Positions 35,203-44,394 of a stretch of 64,000 nucleotides of DNA are shown here, one piece after another. Made by a program: the position numbers and the translations under genes. The notes under the pieces were generated by a model that saw only the letters and a program-made list of their open reading frames with translations, was not told where the DNA came from and ran no database searches. This DNA comes from a virus. The stretch is taken from positions 356,634 through 420,633 of IMG/VR virus record IMGVR_UViG_3300034073_003340. One strand, 5' to 3'. The stretch's first letter is position 1. The number at the start of each line of letters is the position of its first letter.

Positions 35203-35388
35203 TCAGACTAGTTCGTTATCAAACTGTAGACGAAATTTGAAGGCATCGTCGATGTTTGAAAATCCAACTTCTAAACCGTCAACTGCCGGATTCAAGACAT
35301 AGCCCTGCACTTGCTCGTCTTCAAGCCATTTTTCAACTTTGGTTTTGGAATCGGGTCGTGCCCGCATAACCCACGAATTTGCGACCAT
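35203..35388 (-). CDS. Possible degenerate FKLTW-family member
   Basis: C-terminus DDAFKFRLQFDNELV resembles the motif only weakly. Confidence 0.3.
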   Translation of the reverse strand: MVANSWVMRARPDSKTKVEKWLEDEQVQGYVLNPAVDGLEVGFSNIDDAFKFRLQFDNELV

Positions 35389-35951
35389 TATTACCTCAAC
35401 TGGTTTCTTGCTAGAAAACGATTACTAGCTGGTGTAACCAGGCTGAATCAATATTTTTGAAGGGTTTTGCGACGATCCGAAATAGACCTGCGTATCTATC
35501 ATCAGTAGAGGAAAAACGGCCCGTTCTGTTGTTACGCCGGGACCATGCGCCACCTAGGGAGTTGATCCCCTAGGGATTGTTGAGGCATAGGAATCTACCG
35601 TAGCTTTTTCCTAACCTCGCTACCCTTAGGCAGCGAGCGCCTCGACAACATCGTTGTCGTTGACAGTTACGTCGTTGATCTTTTCAGAACAGATGTTCCC
35701 AGGGAATCACCCCTCGTCATCGCTTCACTGGTTTCCCAGATCGTCTCTCAACCGTTCGCTTCCACGTCGATCCTAGTTCAGGCCCATCAGTTACAACGCC
35801 CACAGCGTCCGTGGTCTATATCCTGTCAATTCAGGACCGCGTTGTAAGTGGTGGACCTGCCGGGTACCGCCCCCGGGTCCGCTAGTCACTAATAAGTTTC
35901 GGTCATCAATAACTTTTTCAATATAGTAGATAAGGATCCATATGTCAAGCA
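35389..35951. other. About 560-bp ORF-free, GC-richer, stem-loop-dense segment; candidate structured RNA
   Basis: No ORF of 60 aa or more. Hairpins include CCTAGGG-agttgatc-CCCTAGG, CTCGCT-acccttaggc-AGCGAG, GACAAC-atc-GTTGTC and GGACC..GGG-taccgcc-CCCGGGTCC. Confidence 0.3.
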
Positions 35952-36227
35952 TTAACCTACAAAAACATTAGGTGAACCAGTGGCTACTTTGCTCTTACAC
36001 ATAACCGGATCACCTTTTCGTCCCTGCTGCCGACCGTTAGTAAAAACAGTGCTAGAGCCCCTGGCTAGCTTGCTGGTGTGATCTTTATGAAAAGCCCACA
36101 TATCACCTTGTCTATGCGCTGGTTTGCCATTTATAAAAACATCAGGCGAGCCTTGTAGATTTGGTCGCGGCTTTGCGTCGCCGTGCCCGGTACACTTATC
36201 ACCCAAGCGAGCCGCTGGCTTACCCAC
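35952..36227 (-). CDS. PAAR-repeat protein (T4 gp5.4-like spike-tip)
   Basis: GDKCTGHG...GSPDVFINGKPAHRQGD...GSSTVFTNG...GSPNVFVG: three PAAR-type repeats in 91 aa. Confidence 0.7.
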   Translation of the reverse strand: MGKPAARLGDKCTGHGDAKPRPNLQGSPDVFINGKPAHRQGDMWAFHKDHTSKLARGSSTVFTNGRQQGRKGDPVMCKSKVATGSPNVFVG

Positions 36228-37089
36228 CGATCACCGCCGCCGCTGCTCCGGTGGCCACACTTCCTAATAGACTTCTGAGACATGGATCATCAGGAAGATT
36301 TGCCATTAGATCCGCAAGTCCTTGTCGGGCTTGCGCCAACAACGCTTTGGCAAACTTTTCCACCTCTGCTTTTGCCATAGCAATCAACTTTGCGATTTCA
36401 GCTTTGGCTACCGCGATAGCCGCTTTGATTTCGTCAATAAGAGGTCCAATCTGAGCATCAACCCATGCCCTAGCGTCTTCCAACGCTTTATTGATTTCAC
36501 TCTTTATGTCGTTGAGTATGGCTTTTCCTTCATCCATAATGGATCCAAGAAATCCACTTAGACCAATACATGGATTACTGAGAAGATTCATAACAGTATC
36601 AAGAGCCAATGCCGCTTGGGCAATACCAGCAAGACTTGGTAGGTTATTGGTCAGGCGATCAGTATGGTCTTCGAAAGAATCTAGATCACCAATTATTCCA
36701 CTATCCCCATCCGGTCCATAGACGTCTTCCAAGAATTCAATTCTATAGGTAGTCCATGTTCCGTCATCGCTAAAACGACCATCCATATAATTGACGAGGG
36801 AAACTAGATCATCTCTTATAGGATCCATCAAGCAAGAGGTTGGGTTAGCCAAAACCCCATGATAAGGATTATAGACACCAAGAGAATTGATCTGTTCAAC
36901 ATGCTCACGAAGTTCAAAAGGAACATCACTCACGCTCAATAGGGCAGGTTTTCTCGGCTCTTGTAGGCTGGTATTTGACCCCGGAGGTTGGGTCTCCATG
37001 ATTTCCTGTAATGCTATTGCCCTAGGATCAATCGGGGGATTGTAGAGCCCGTTTTCCAATGCTTCTCGGTTGAGTAAATTGGATGTCAT
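36220..37089 (-). CDS. Hypothetical protein upstream of PAAR, with a Gly/Ala-rich hydrophobic C-terminus
   Basis: 289-aa ORF with an 8-nt overlap to the PAAR gene; C-terminus GSVATGAAAAVIGG. Confidence 0.45.
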   Translation of the reverse strand: MTSNLLNREALENGLYNPPIDPRAIALQEIMETQPPGSNTSLQEPRKPALLSVSDVPFELREHVEQINSLGVYNPYHGVLANPTSCLMDPIRDDLVSLVNYMDGRFSDDGTWTTYRIEFLEDVYGPDGDSGIIGDLDSFEDHTDRLTNNLPSLAGIAQAALALDTVMNLLSNPCIGLSGFLGSIMDEGKAILNDIKSEINKALEDARAWVDAQIGPLIDEIKAAIAVAKAEIAKLIAMAKAEVEKFAKALLAQARQGLADLMANLPDDPCLRSLLGSVATGAAAAVIGG

Positions 37090-37342
37090 TTTCTCTCTCC
37101 AAAGGTGGATTCAGATGAACCTGGTGGGTATAATCTATCCCATCATTTCCACTGTTGATAACCAGATGTTGGTCGGAACTTAAAATCAAGTTACCAGTTG
37201 CGTGTATCTGGAAATCTCCAGTAATCAGCAGTCTCTGACTTACAGGATCATAAAATATAGGACTTCCTTTTGTGACTTTTTCTAAGTCATTAGGTGCCAT
37301 CAAAACCTGTAATGCTAGTTTTACTCTGCTGATAAGTCCCAT
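37028..37342 (-). CDS. Hypothetical protein
   Basis: 104-aa ORF; its 3' end overlaps the next gene, so the start may be later. Confidence 0.35.
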   Translation of the reverse strand: MGLISRVKLALQVLMAPNDLEKVTKGSPIFYDPVSQRLLITGDFQIHATGNLILSSDQHLVINSGNDGIDYTHQVHLNPPLERENDIQFTQPRSIGKRALQSPD

Positions 37343-37344
37343 AG

Positions 37345-37641
37345 TCAGCTCATTATAGCTTGTTCATATTGTTCAGCAGCATCTTCCCTAGCAGGCGAAA
37401 CCGCTACCACATGAGCGTTCTTGATAGTGATGACTTCTTTACCAGCCGACACCATCCATGGTGTAAACATAACTCTAGTTTGCTGAGGATTTTCAGGATT
37501 CTCAGCCATTACCATTGCTAGAGGTCGACTAACAATCAGATGATTGTCATCGTCGCTTAGTTTTCTAGCAATAATCTCTTCGCCAGTTATGAGCTTTACA
37601 GCAATTACCTGGGTATTGTCCGGAGTCTTTTCTTTTAACAT
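37345..37641 (-). CDS. Hypothetical protein
   Basis: 98-aa ORF. Confidence 0.4.
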   Translation of the reverse strand: MLKEKTPDNTQVIAVKLITGEEIIARKLSDDDNHLIVSRPLAMVMAENPENPQQTRVMFTPWMVSAGKEVITIKNAHVVAVSPAREDAAEQYEQAIMS

Positions 37642-37661
37642 TGGTTATTTATCCATGTATT

Positions 37662-38183
37662 TTATAATTTGTGACGCTGATTCAAAAGTGCTTTGTGGAA
37701 ACCTTTGTAGTTTTCCAAGGTCATATACCCTATGAATCTACTATTGAGCATAAGAGGATAACGATTCCATTCATCAACTCTTATGACGGAATCGCCAAAT
37801 CTGACTAGATCGTCATCCATGATCATAAATGTATCACCGTTGTCGACTTGTATTTGCCAACCGTGATGATGAACTTCCATACTTGTGCCCACAAACTCAG
37901 ATGACCCATCCCATAACCGGACTTCATATGTCGGAGTTGGTAAAACTCTAGTTTCTGCTGCTAGAGTTTCTGATCTCTCAAGAATCTGATTGATTCTTTC
38001 CTTCTGCCCCAATCCATTGGTGGCCTTGAGTGTAGATAGTGCCTCTTTGACCCAGAGAGGTTCACTGAGGGCCGCTATGTCGTCGGACGACATATTGGCT
38101 ACATTGTCTACTAGAGCCTGTAACCGTGGCTTTTTCTTAGCCACGGCTATCAGCATTTCATCCTTGGAGTAGAGAGATCTCAT
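37662..38183 (-). CDS. Hypothetical protein
   Basis: 173-aa ORF with a 4-nt overlap to the glutaredoxin gene. Confidence 0.4.
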   Translation of the reverse strand: MRSLYSKDEMLIAVAKKKPRLQALVDNVANMSSDDIAALSEPLWVKEALSTLKATNGLGQKERINQILERSETLAAETRVLPTPTYEVRLWDGSSEFVGTSMEVHHHGWQIQVDNGDTFMIMDDDLVRFGDSVIRVDEWNRYPLMLNSRFIGYMTLENYKGFHKALLNQRHKL

Positions 38184-38419
38184 GAAGCGTTCTTAAAATG
38201 CTCCACTAGTTCGTTGTATCCACCGATATAGGTGTCGTTGAGCCAAATCTGAGGCACTGTTCGAGGAGCGGCACCAGTTGCTGCTTTGACTCGCTCGATT
38301 AGTTCATCGCGCTTATCAACTGCGCTTTCCTCAGTATAACCAATACCCTTTTCGTCGAGCAACTTCTTGGCTCGAACGCAGAATGGGCAATTGGGCTTGC
38401 TGTAAACGGTAGCTGTCAT
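38180..38419 (-). CDS. Glutaredoxin (nrd-associated)
   Basis: CPFC active site, TVPQIW, GG motif; located immediately downstream of nrdB. Confidence 0.8.
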   Translation of the reverse strand: MTATVYSKPNCPFCVRAKKLLDEKGIGYTEESAVDKRDELIERVKAATGAAPRTVPQIWLNDTYIGGYNELVEHFKNAS

Positions 38420-38428
38420 TTTATTTCC

Positions 38429-39601
38429 TTAAAGCTTGAAGGTGTTGAAGTCGTCGTTCTGTGCGTCTTGCTTGACACCGCCAACCACATAGCTGGAAAT
38501 CTCAGTTTCCTGTGGGGCAACCTGTACCGACTTGGAAGCAATCCAGCTACTGGTCCACGGTAGTGGGTTACGTGCTGGAACGGTAAATGGTGGCTTGAGT
38601 CCTACCCCACGCATACGAGTTCCCGCGATGTAGTCCACATACTCATTCAAGAGAGCTTCATTGAGACCAATGATGCTGCCATCCTTGAACAGATACTTTG
38701 CCCATTCCTTTTCCTGACGAATAGCGGACATGTACATTTCAATTGCCTGCTCCTCACACTCAGAAGCAATCTTGATGAAGTCAGGATCGTCCTGCTTGAG
38801 AATGTTGCGGAGCAAATTCTGGGAACCAGCAAGGTGAAGGTTTTCATCGCGAGCAATGAACTTAATCAGCTTGGCATTACCTTCCATGCGCTTGGTTTCA
38901 GCAAATGCCCATGAGCAGGCAAACGAAACATAGAAGCGAACTCCCTCGAGGATATTGACACTCATGAGGCAGAGCCAGAGCTTTTTCTTGAGGTCATAGA
39001 GATCAACCGTAATCTTCTTGCCGTTGATGTTGTGAGTTCCCACACCAAGCAGCTCATACCACTTGGACGCTTCAATCAGTTCATCATAGTTCTTGCTGAT
39101 GTCTTTGGCGCAATCCACAATTTCCTGAATATCCTTCATTGAATCGAAGATCTCACCAGGGTTTGGATATACATTACGAATAATGTGGGTGTAGGAACGA
39201 CTATGGATAGTTTCAATAAACGCCCAAGTCTGTGCCCATGTTTCCATTTCTGGCAGCGATGTAATATTGCCAAAGGCCTGAGTTGGTGAACGACCCTGTA
39301 CCGAGTCCAAAAGGATCTGACGCTTGAGGTTGGAGGTAAAGATATGCTTTTCGTGATCGGTTAGTTTACCGAAGTCACCACGATCTGTATTGAGATCAAC
39401 TTCTTCAGGACGCCAAAAGAAACCCAACTGCTGATTGGTTAGATGCTCTAGCTCAGGATATTTGACCTGGTCAAAACGCTGGATATCCACAGGACCGCTT
39501 GGGTCAAAGAACATCTTAGCTGTAAGGTGATCAACTTTATTTAGATTGAATACGGACATTTTCTGCCTCTCTGTTATATGTGTCAGAATACTGTATTTCA
39601 C
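38429..39601 (-). CDS. nrdB: Ribonucleotide reductase class Ia beta subunit
   Basis: Di-iron and tyrosyl radical motifs (FIETIHSRSYTHII, EGVRFYVSFACSWAFAE). Confidence 0.9.
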   Translation of the reverse strand: MKYSILTHITERQKMSVFNLNKVDHLTAKMFFDPSGPVDIQRFDQVKYPELEHLTNQQLGFFWRPEEVDLNTDRGDFGKLTDHEKHIFTSNLKRQILLDSVQGRSPTQAFGNITSLPEMETWAQTWAFIETIHSRSYTHIIRNVYPNPGEIFDSMKDIQEIVDCAKDISKNYDELIEASKWYELLGVGTHNINGKKITVDLYDLKKKLWLCLMSVNILEGVRFYVSFACSWAFAETKRMEGNAKLIKFIARDENLHLAGSQNLLRNILKQDDPDFIKIASECEEQAIEMYMSAIRQEKEWAKYLFKDGSIIGLNEALLNEYVDYIAGTRMRGVGLKPPFTVPARNPLPWTSSWIASKSVQVAPQETEISSYVVGGVKQDAQNDDFNTFKL

Positions 39602-39661
39602 CAGTTTTGTCTATTTGTGACAGGTGAGCCCATGACTTTTTCAGCCATGGGCCCACAAATC

Positions 39662-41977
39662 TCAAAGTTTACAACTGTCGCAATCATCTTCCTGTAGAAG
39701 CTCAAGATCCTCGTCTTCTACCAGCTTTTCACTTTCAATAGTCTGGATTGCTGCCGCATCTTCCTGACCATCATATGTGTTAAAGTAGTACAAATTCTTC
39801 CCGCCATACTTGTAAAAGGTAAGAAGATCCATGATCATTTCCTTCATGGAAATCTCACGATCAGGATAATGATCAGGATTGTAGCTGGTGTTTACACTTG
39901 CGCTCTGGTCAATATACTTGAGTAAAACACACGACACCTTCAAGTAACCACGCGGACTCTTCTGATCCCAGAGAAGCTCATACTTGTTCTTCAGCTTACC
40001 AATCTCAGGAACAACCTGCTTGAGAATACCATGCTTGGAAACTTTTTCAGAAACCAAAGCTCTTACTGGTTCAATACCATTCGTGCTGTTTGATAGCTGA
40101 GCTGAAGTTTCAGCAGGCATCAAGGCCATCAGCGTTGTGTTGCGGATGCTTGTTTCCAATAGCTGCTGACGGAGATCATCCCAAGGCATGCGAAGCTTTG
40201 GCACAACTAATTCATCAACGTCGCTTTTGTAGGTATCAATTGGCAAAATACCCTTGCTGTATTTGCTCATGTGAGCACCCGAACAGGCACCCTTTTCCAC
40301 TGCCAAATCAGCCGAGGCTTTGATCAGATAATAAGCCATTCCTTCCATATATTCATCAATAATTGGAAGGGCAGCATCGTCATATTTCAAGCCGTTCTTA
40401 GCAAGAAAATAAGCCAGATTGATAATACCCACACCAAGTGGTCTTAACTCCTTGGTGGCTAGCTCTGCGGCTTTAACTGGATAGTTCTGATAGCTAAGGA
40501 TTTCATCCAAGAATCTAACCACCAACTTGGCCGGCTTTTCAAAATCATGTGGAGACTTAACTCTTCCCCAGTTCAAAGCACTCAACGTACAAAGGCTGAT
40601 TCGTCCATCTGGATCATCATGAAACTGCATGGGACGAGTAGGGAGGGTAATCTCTTGACAAAGATTGCTCTGTGTGATCGGAGCCAACTTGGGTAGATAG
40701 CTACCATGAGTGTTGGCGTGATCAATGTTCATGAGATAGATGCGACCAGTTTCCTTGCGCTCGGTCAAGAACGCAATGAACACATCTAAAGCCTTCATGG
40801 AATGCTTGCGAATCGAGGGATCGTTTTCATACTTGACATATAGACGATCAAACTCGTCCTGGTCCGCATAAAAGGCATCAAGAAGACCAGGAACGTCTCT
40901 GGGTGAAAAGAAGGTAATATCTCCACCTTCGACCAAACGCTGATACATCATGCGGTTGAATAGAAAGCTATAATCCAACTGACGAATACGATTGAATTCA
41001 GTTCCCTTATTGTTTTTGAGAACCACCAGGCTTGGGAATTCAAAGTGCCATAGTGGGAAGTGAACGGTGGCAGCACCACCGCGAACACCACCCTGTGAGC
41101 AGCTCTTGACCGCAGCCTGCATCCAACGCAGGAATGGCAGAAGACCAGTATGCTCAGCATCACCATTGCGAATCTTAGATCCCAATGCGCGGATACGGCT
41201 CATGTCAATACCAAGACCGGCCTTTTGACTGATATACTTTACCACACTAACGTTGGTGGCAGCCAAGCTATCAAGAGAGTCATCAGTTGAAATGGTCACG
41301 CACGAGCTGAATTGCTTTTGTGGAGTTCGTAGACCGGCCATGATAGGAGTCGGTAGACTGATATCAAACTGACTGATGCTATCGTAGAAATCCTTGATGT
41401 ATTCCATACGAGTGTCAGCAGGATAAGACATAAAGCCCAGAGCGCTAATCAGAACTAGAGCAATCTGTGGAGTTTCAAAAAATTGGCCAGTGACACGATC
41501 CTTTACCAGGTATTTTCCTCGCCACTGTTCCATTCCAGCATATGCTATTAGATCATCGCGAGAATGCTTGACGATTTTCTCAATCTTTTTCCAATCGTCC
41601 TCGCTGAAATTGTCTAGAAGTTCCTGAGTATAATGACCAAGCGCCACATTATGCTCAACTACCTGCTTGACCGTCCAAGGTTCATATCGACCATAGACTT
41701 CTTTTCTCAATTGATAGCTAGCTAGACGACTGGCCACGAACTGATAGTTGGGAGTTTCTTCACTAATCAGTTCACTTGCGCTCTTTACCAAGAGCTCATG
41801 AATATCAGTGCTGCGGACGCCATCTTCTAGCTGAAGTTGAGCTCTCAACTCAACCTCAGACGGGGAAACCCCCGTCAGATCTTCGCACGCCCAAAACACA
41901 ACCTTATGAATTTTTTCGAGGTTCAAAGCCTCTCTTCGACCGTCACGCTTGACGACCATAATTGGTGTGTTGCCCAT
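39662..41977 (-). CDS. nrdA: Ribonucleotide reductase class Ia alpha subunit
   Basis: N-terminal ATP cone (VVKRDGRREALNLEKI), catalytic core, and a C-terminal CDSC tail. Confidence 0.9.
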   Translation of the reverse strand: MGNTPIMVVKRDGRREALNLEKIHKVVFWACEDLTGVSPSEVELRAQLQLEDGVRSTDIHELLVKSASELISEETPNYQFVASRLASYQLRKEVYGRYEPWTVKQVVEHNVALGHYTQELLDNFSEDDWKKIEKIVKHSRDDLIAYAGMEQWRGKYLVKDRVTGQFFETPQIALVLISALGFMSYPADTRMEYIKDFYDSISQFDISLPTPIMAGLRTPQKQFSSCVTISTDDSLDSLAATNVSVVKYISQKAGLGIDMSRIRALGSKIRNGDAEHTGLLPFLRWMQAAVKSCSQGGVRGGAATVHFPLWHFEFPSLVVLKNNKGTEFNRIRQLDYSFLFNRMMYQRLVEGGDITFFSPRDVPGLLDAFYADQDEFDRLYVKYENDPSIRKHSMKALDVFIAFLTERKETGRIYLMNIDHANTHGSYLPKLAPITQSNLCQEITLPTRPMQFHDDPDGRISLCTLSALNWGRVKSPHDFEKPAKLVVRFLDEILSYQNYPVKAAELATKELRPLGVGIINLAYFLAKNGLKYDDAALPIIDEYMEGMAYYLIKASADLAVEKGACSGAHMSKYSKGILPIDTYKSDVDELVVPKLRMPWDDLRQQLLETSIRNTTLMALMPAETSAQLSNSTNGIEPVRALVSEKVSKHGILKQVVPEIGKLKNKYELLWDQKSPRGYLKVSCVLLKYIDQSASVNTSYNPDHYPDREISMKEMIMDLLTFYKYGGKNLYYFNTYDGQEDAAAIQTIESEKLVEDEDLELLQEDDCDSCKL

Positions 41978-42069
41978 GTTTTTCCTTGTTCTTTTTATCT
42001 TTAGGGCAGATATTTAGTGGGTCAAAATAAGCATTTTCCAGGTATTTAGAACTCCTGGAACCATGCTAA

Positions 42070-42522
42070 TTAGACTTCCGTGTGTCCACCCTCGGGGTTC
42101 ACGCGGTAACTCACCAAGTATGTACAATTTGCCCGCTCTGTGTCAAAATTCAGGACCTCTGAATGGATATAATTCAGAGCCCATTTGTTATCCACCAAAA
42201 GAACCATGGTCTCCATGCTCTCTTTTTGGTTTCTAACATAGTGTAGTCTAAGTCGTTCTGGATTCCACCCTATCATAATCAGGGTTTGCTCCATTAGATA
42301 TGCTTTGGCGGTATCGTCAAAATCACCACCATTGATTAATTCCCAAGGACCTGGCCAAGAAGCAGAGTCATAGATATCTAGCACATATGTAGAAAGTGGT
42401 GCCATGGCAACCCATTCAGCAACACGATTAAGTTGCTCATGCTCTTCTAGATTCTCAAGACTTTGGCGAAATGCTCTCCACTCAACAAGACGCTCACTAT
42501 TGGGTAGAAGAAACGGATTCAT
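42070..42522 (-). CDS. Hypothetical protein
   Basis: 150-aa ORF. Confidence 0.4.
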   Translation of the reverse strand: MNPFLLPNSERLVEWRAFRQSLENLEEHEQLNRVAEWVAMAPLSTYVLDIYDSASWPGPWELINGGDFDDTAKAYLMEQTLIMIGWNPERLRLHYVRNQKESMETMVLLVDNKWALNYIHSEVLNFDTERANCTYLVSYRVNPEGGHTEV

Positions 42523-42541
42523 GTTATTCCCCTAGGAGAAG

Positions 42542-43144
42542 TTATACCACAGGTGTTGACCACTCACGACCGTTTATAGTCAAGGTAAAATCAGAAGAAA
42601 TTCCTGTTTTACAACTCAACCACGAAACACCGTTGTCAGTTCCCTCGCTCGATAAACGAGTAAGTCTGAATTCAACTGAACTGGTATCGGGTTGACCCAG
42701 TGTTGATTTAAAGACTACTCCGATCTGTGATAAATCTGGATCGCTAGGGTGAACACATACTGATAGCTCACCTAAAATTTTCAAATTGCCGTTATTGGCA
42801 CTGAGCCCAAAGTCATAGATTGCGAACTCTCTAGAGCCATGGGCAAAAAGAGGAACACAAGAGACAAATACGCTAGAAATATTAGATGGCAGTTCCGCGG
42901 CCGCTAGGGCACCATGATGGTAGACATCGCCTTTTATGCCTCGTTGAACATCTAATTCAGTAATGATCTTGATATTCTGATATGGATAGGAGCGACGTCC
43001 GGACACCGCCGGATGATTAGGCGCACCATAGAATATCTCTCCGGTATCAGTTGTCATTCCAATTTCACCGTCCGCCAAGGCATCTGGTAACTCACTGGCG
43101 GTGCCTCTGCGATGCTGAATACGACTGATCTGATAAACCGCCAT
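42542..43144 (-). CDS. Hypothetical protein
   Basis: 200-aa ORF. Confidence 0.4.
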   Translation of the reverse strand: MAVYQISRIQHRRGTASELPDALADGEIGMTTDTGEIFYGAPNHPAVSGRRSYPYQNIKIITELDVQRGIKGDVYHHGALAAAELPSNISSVFVSCVPLFAHGSREFAIYDFGLSANNGNLKILGELSVCVHPSDPDLSQIGVVFKSTLGQPDTSSVEFRLTRLSSEGTDNGVSWLSCKTGISSDFTLTINGREWSTPVV

Positions 43145-43216
43145 TGTCTGACCTCCAATTGTAGTGTATTTATTGCGTTTGGCTTGACAATCTTGCCACT
43201 TTTGTTACACTAAGGA

Positions 43217-43630
43217 ATGAACATAACAAAGATACCAGCTATTGGGACTAGAGTCTCAGTTGAGACTCTATATTCCATTGAATGGATGAACTTCCCAAAG
43301 CCTGCCATTGTTGGCATTGTCGCTCCCAGTAATCCTTGGGATCAACCAGGGACCTTCAAAATAACCAATCGAGAAGACGCCCTGGCTCGTCATAAGCATG
43401 ACAGTGTTATTTCCATTGAGCGGGTCAAAAGTCTAAAAATACTAGACTCAAAGCCCAATCAAGAATCACCTATGGAAAATGCGGTCAATACCTTTGAGAT
43501 CAAAGGCAGCAAGGGTGATATCTACACCGTGGTCCTGGATGGTGAAAAGGCGTCCTGTAACTGCCAAGCTGGCTCTCATGGTCGCCTGTGTAAGCATATC
43601 AAGACTGCTCGCCAGATGCAGATTGGTTGA
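43217..43630 (+). CDS. SWIM-type zinc-finger protein
   Basis: C-terminal CNCQAGSHGRLCKH (CxCxnCxH). Confidence 0.4.
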   Translation: MNITKIPAIGTRVSVETLYSIEWMNFPKPAIVGIVAPSNPWDQPGTFKITNREDALARHKHDSVISIERVKSLKILDSKPNQESPMENAVNTFEIKGSKGDIYTVVLDGEKASCNCQAGSHGRLCKHIKTARQMQIG

Positions 43631-44294
43631 AGAATATATCAAGACGTTCTAACCATTCATCAGTGGCTTTGGTAAACTCTTCACCTTCAAAAACAAATTC
43701 TTGAAAGCTAAGATCTCTAGCCACCATAAAGATCACACCCCGTTTGATTTCAGTTCCAAACAACTCATTGTGAGCAAGCGCATACGCAGATAGCTGACAG
43801 GCATAGTTGTTGATTTTGTCTTTGCTTTTCATCTTATTGGTGGTTTTATAATCCATAATGGCAGGTTCACCGTTGTGAATACCAATTAGGTCAGCAGTTC
43901 CCGCATATAGTTTGGGAAAATAAAGCATTTCCTCCATGGCCCAAACTTCGCTTACGTTAACCAAACCTCTGTGAATAATGACATCGGCCATATTGCTAGC
44001 CATTTGCCTCACTAGATTATTTCCTCTTGGTCTTTCAATCTGCATCATCCAGTTTTCCAAATGGGTATGCATCAGAGATCCTAGACCAGTGGCTTCATCT
44101 CTTATTTGATCAGCCTTTTTGTCACCTACCCATGCTCTCCACTCCATGAGTCCGGTTTTATCTTCAGTTGCTCCCAGAATGGTAGTAACACTTGATAATT
44201 GATTCCCCTCAGGGCAAACATAAAATCTATTGCCATCAGGGTGTGTCACACGTTCAAGAGTGTGATAATTGAAATGTTTTTTAACGGGGATCAT
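43599..44294 (-). CDS. PD-(D/E)XK nuclease of the RecB/Cas4/YqaJ-like family
   Basis: Motifs in order: SVTTILG, ...HLE..., TADLIG, IMDYKT (D-x-K), QLSAYA (QxxxY). Confidence 0.55.
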   Translation of the reverse strand: MIPVKKHFNYHTLERVTHPDGNRFYVCPEGNQLSSVTTILGATEDKTGLMEWRAWVGDKKADQIRDEATGLGSLMHTHLENWMMQIERPRGNNLVRQMASNMADVIIHRGLVNVSEVWAMEEMLYFPKLYAGTADLIGIHNGEPAIMDYKTTNKMKSKDKINNYACQLSAYALAHNELFGTEIKRGVIFMVARDLSFQEFVFEGEEFTKATDEWLERLDIFFNQSASGEQS

Positions 44295-44394
44295 GAGCTC
44301 TTTTCTTTCTAGTATATAGGTTCTGGATAATCTGAGTCTATATCCGATCTACTGCTCATGGATGAAGCGGATGTTTCCATCCGCTTCATATTTA

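Noticed and set aside
36220-37089. Idea that the 289-aa protein upstream of PAAR is a gp5-like lysozyme/spike
   Set aside because: It is too short and has no lysozyme or beta-helix repeat signature. Only the adjacency to PAAR supports a baseplate role, so it is left as hypothetical.
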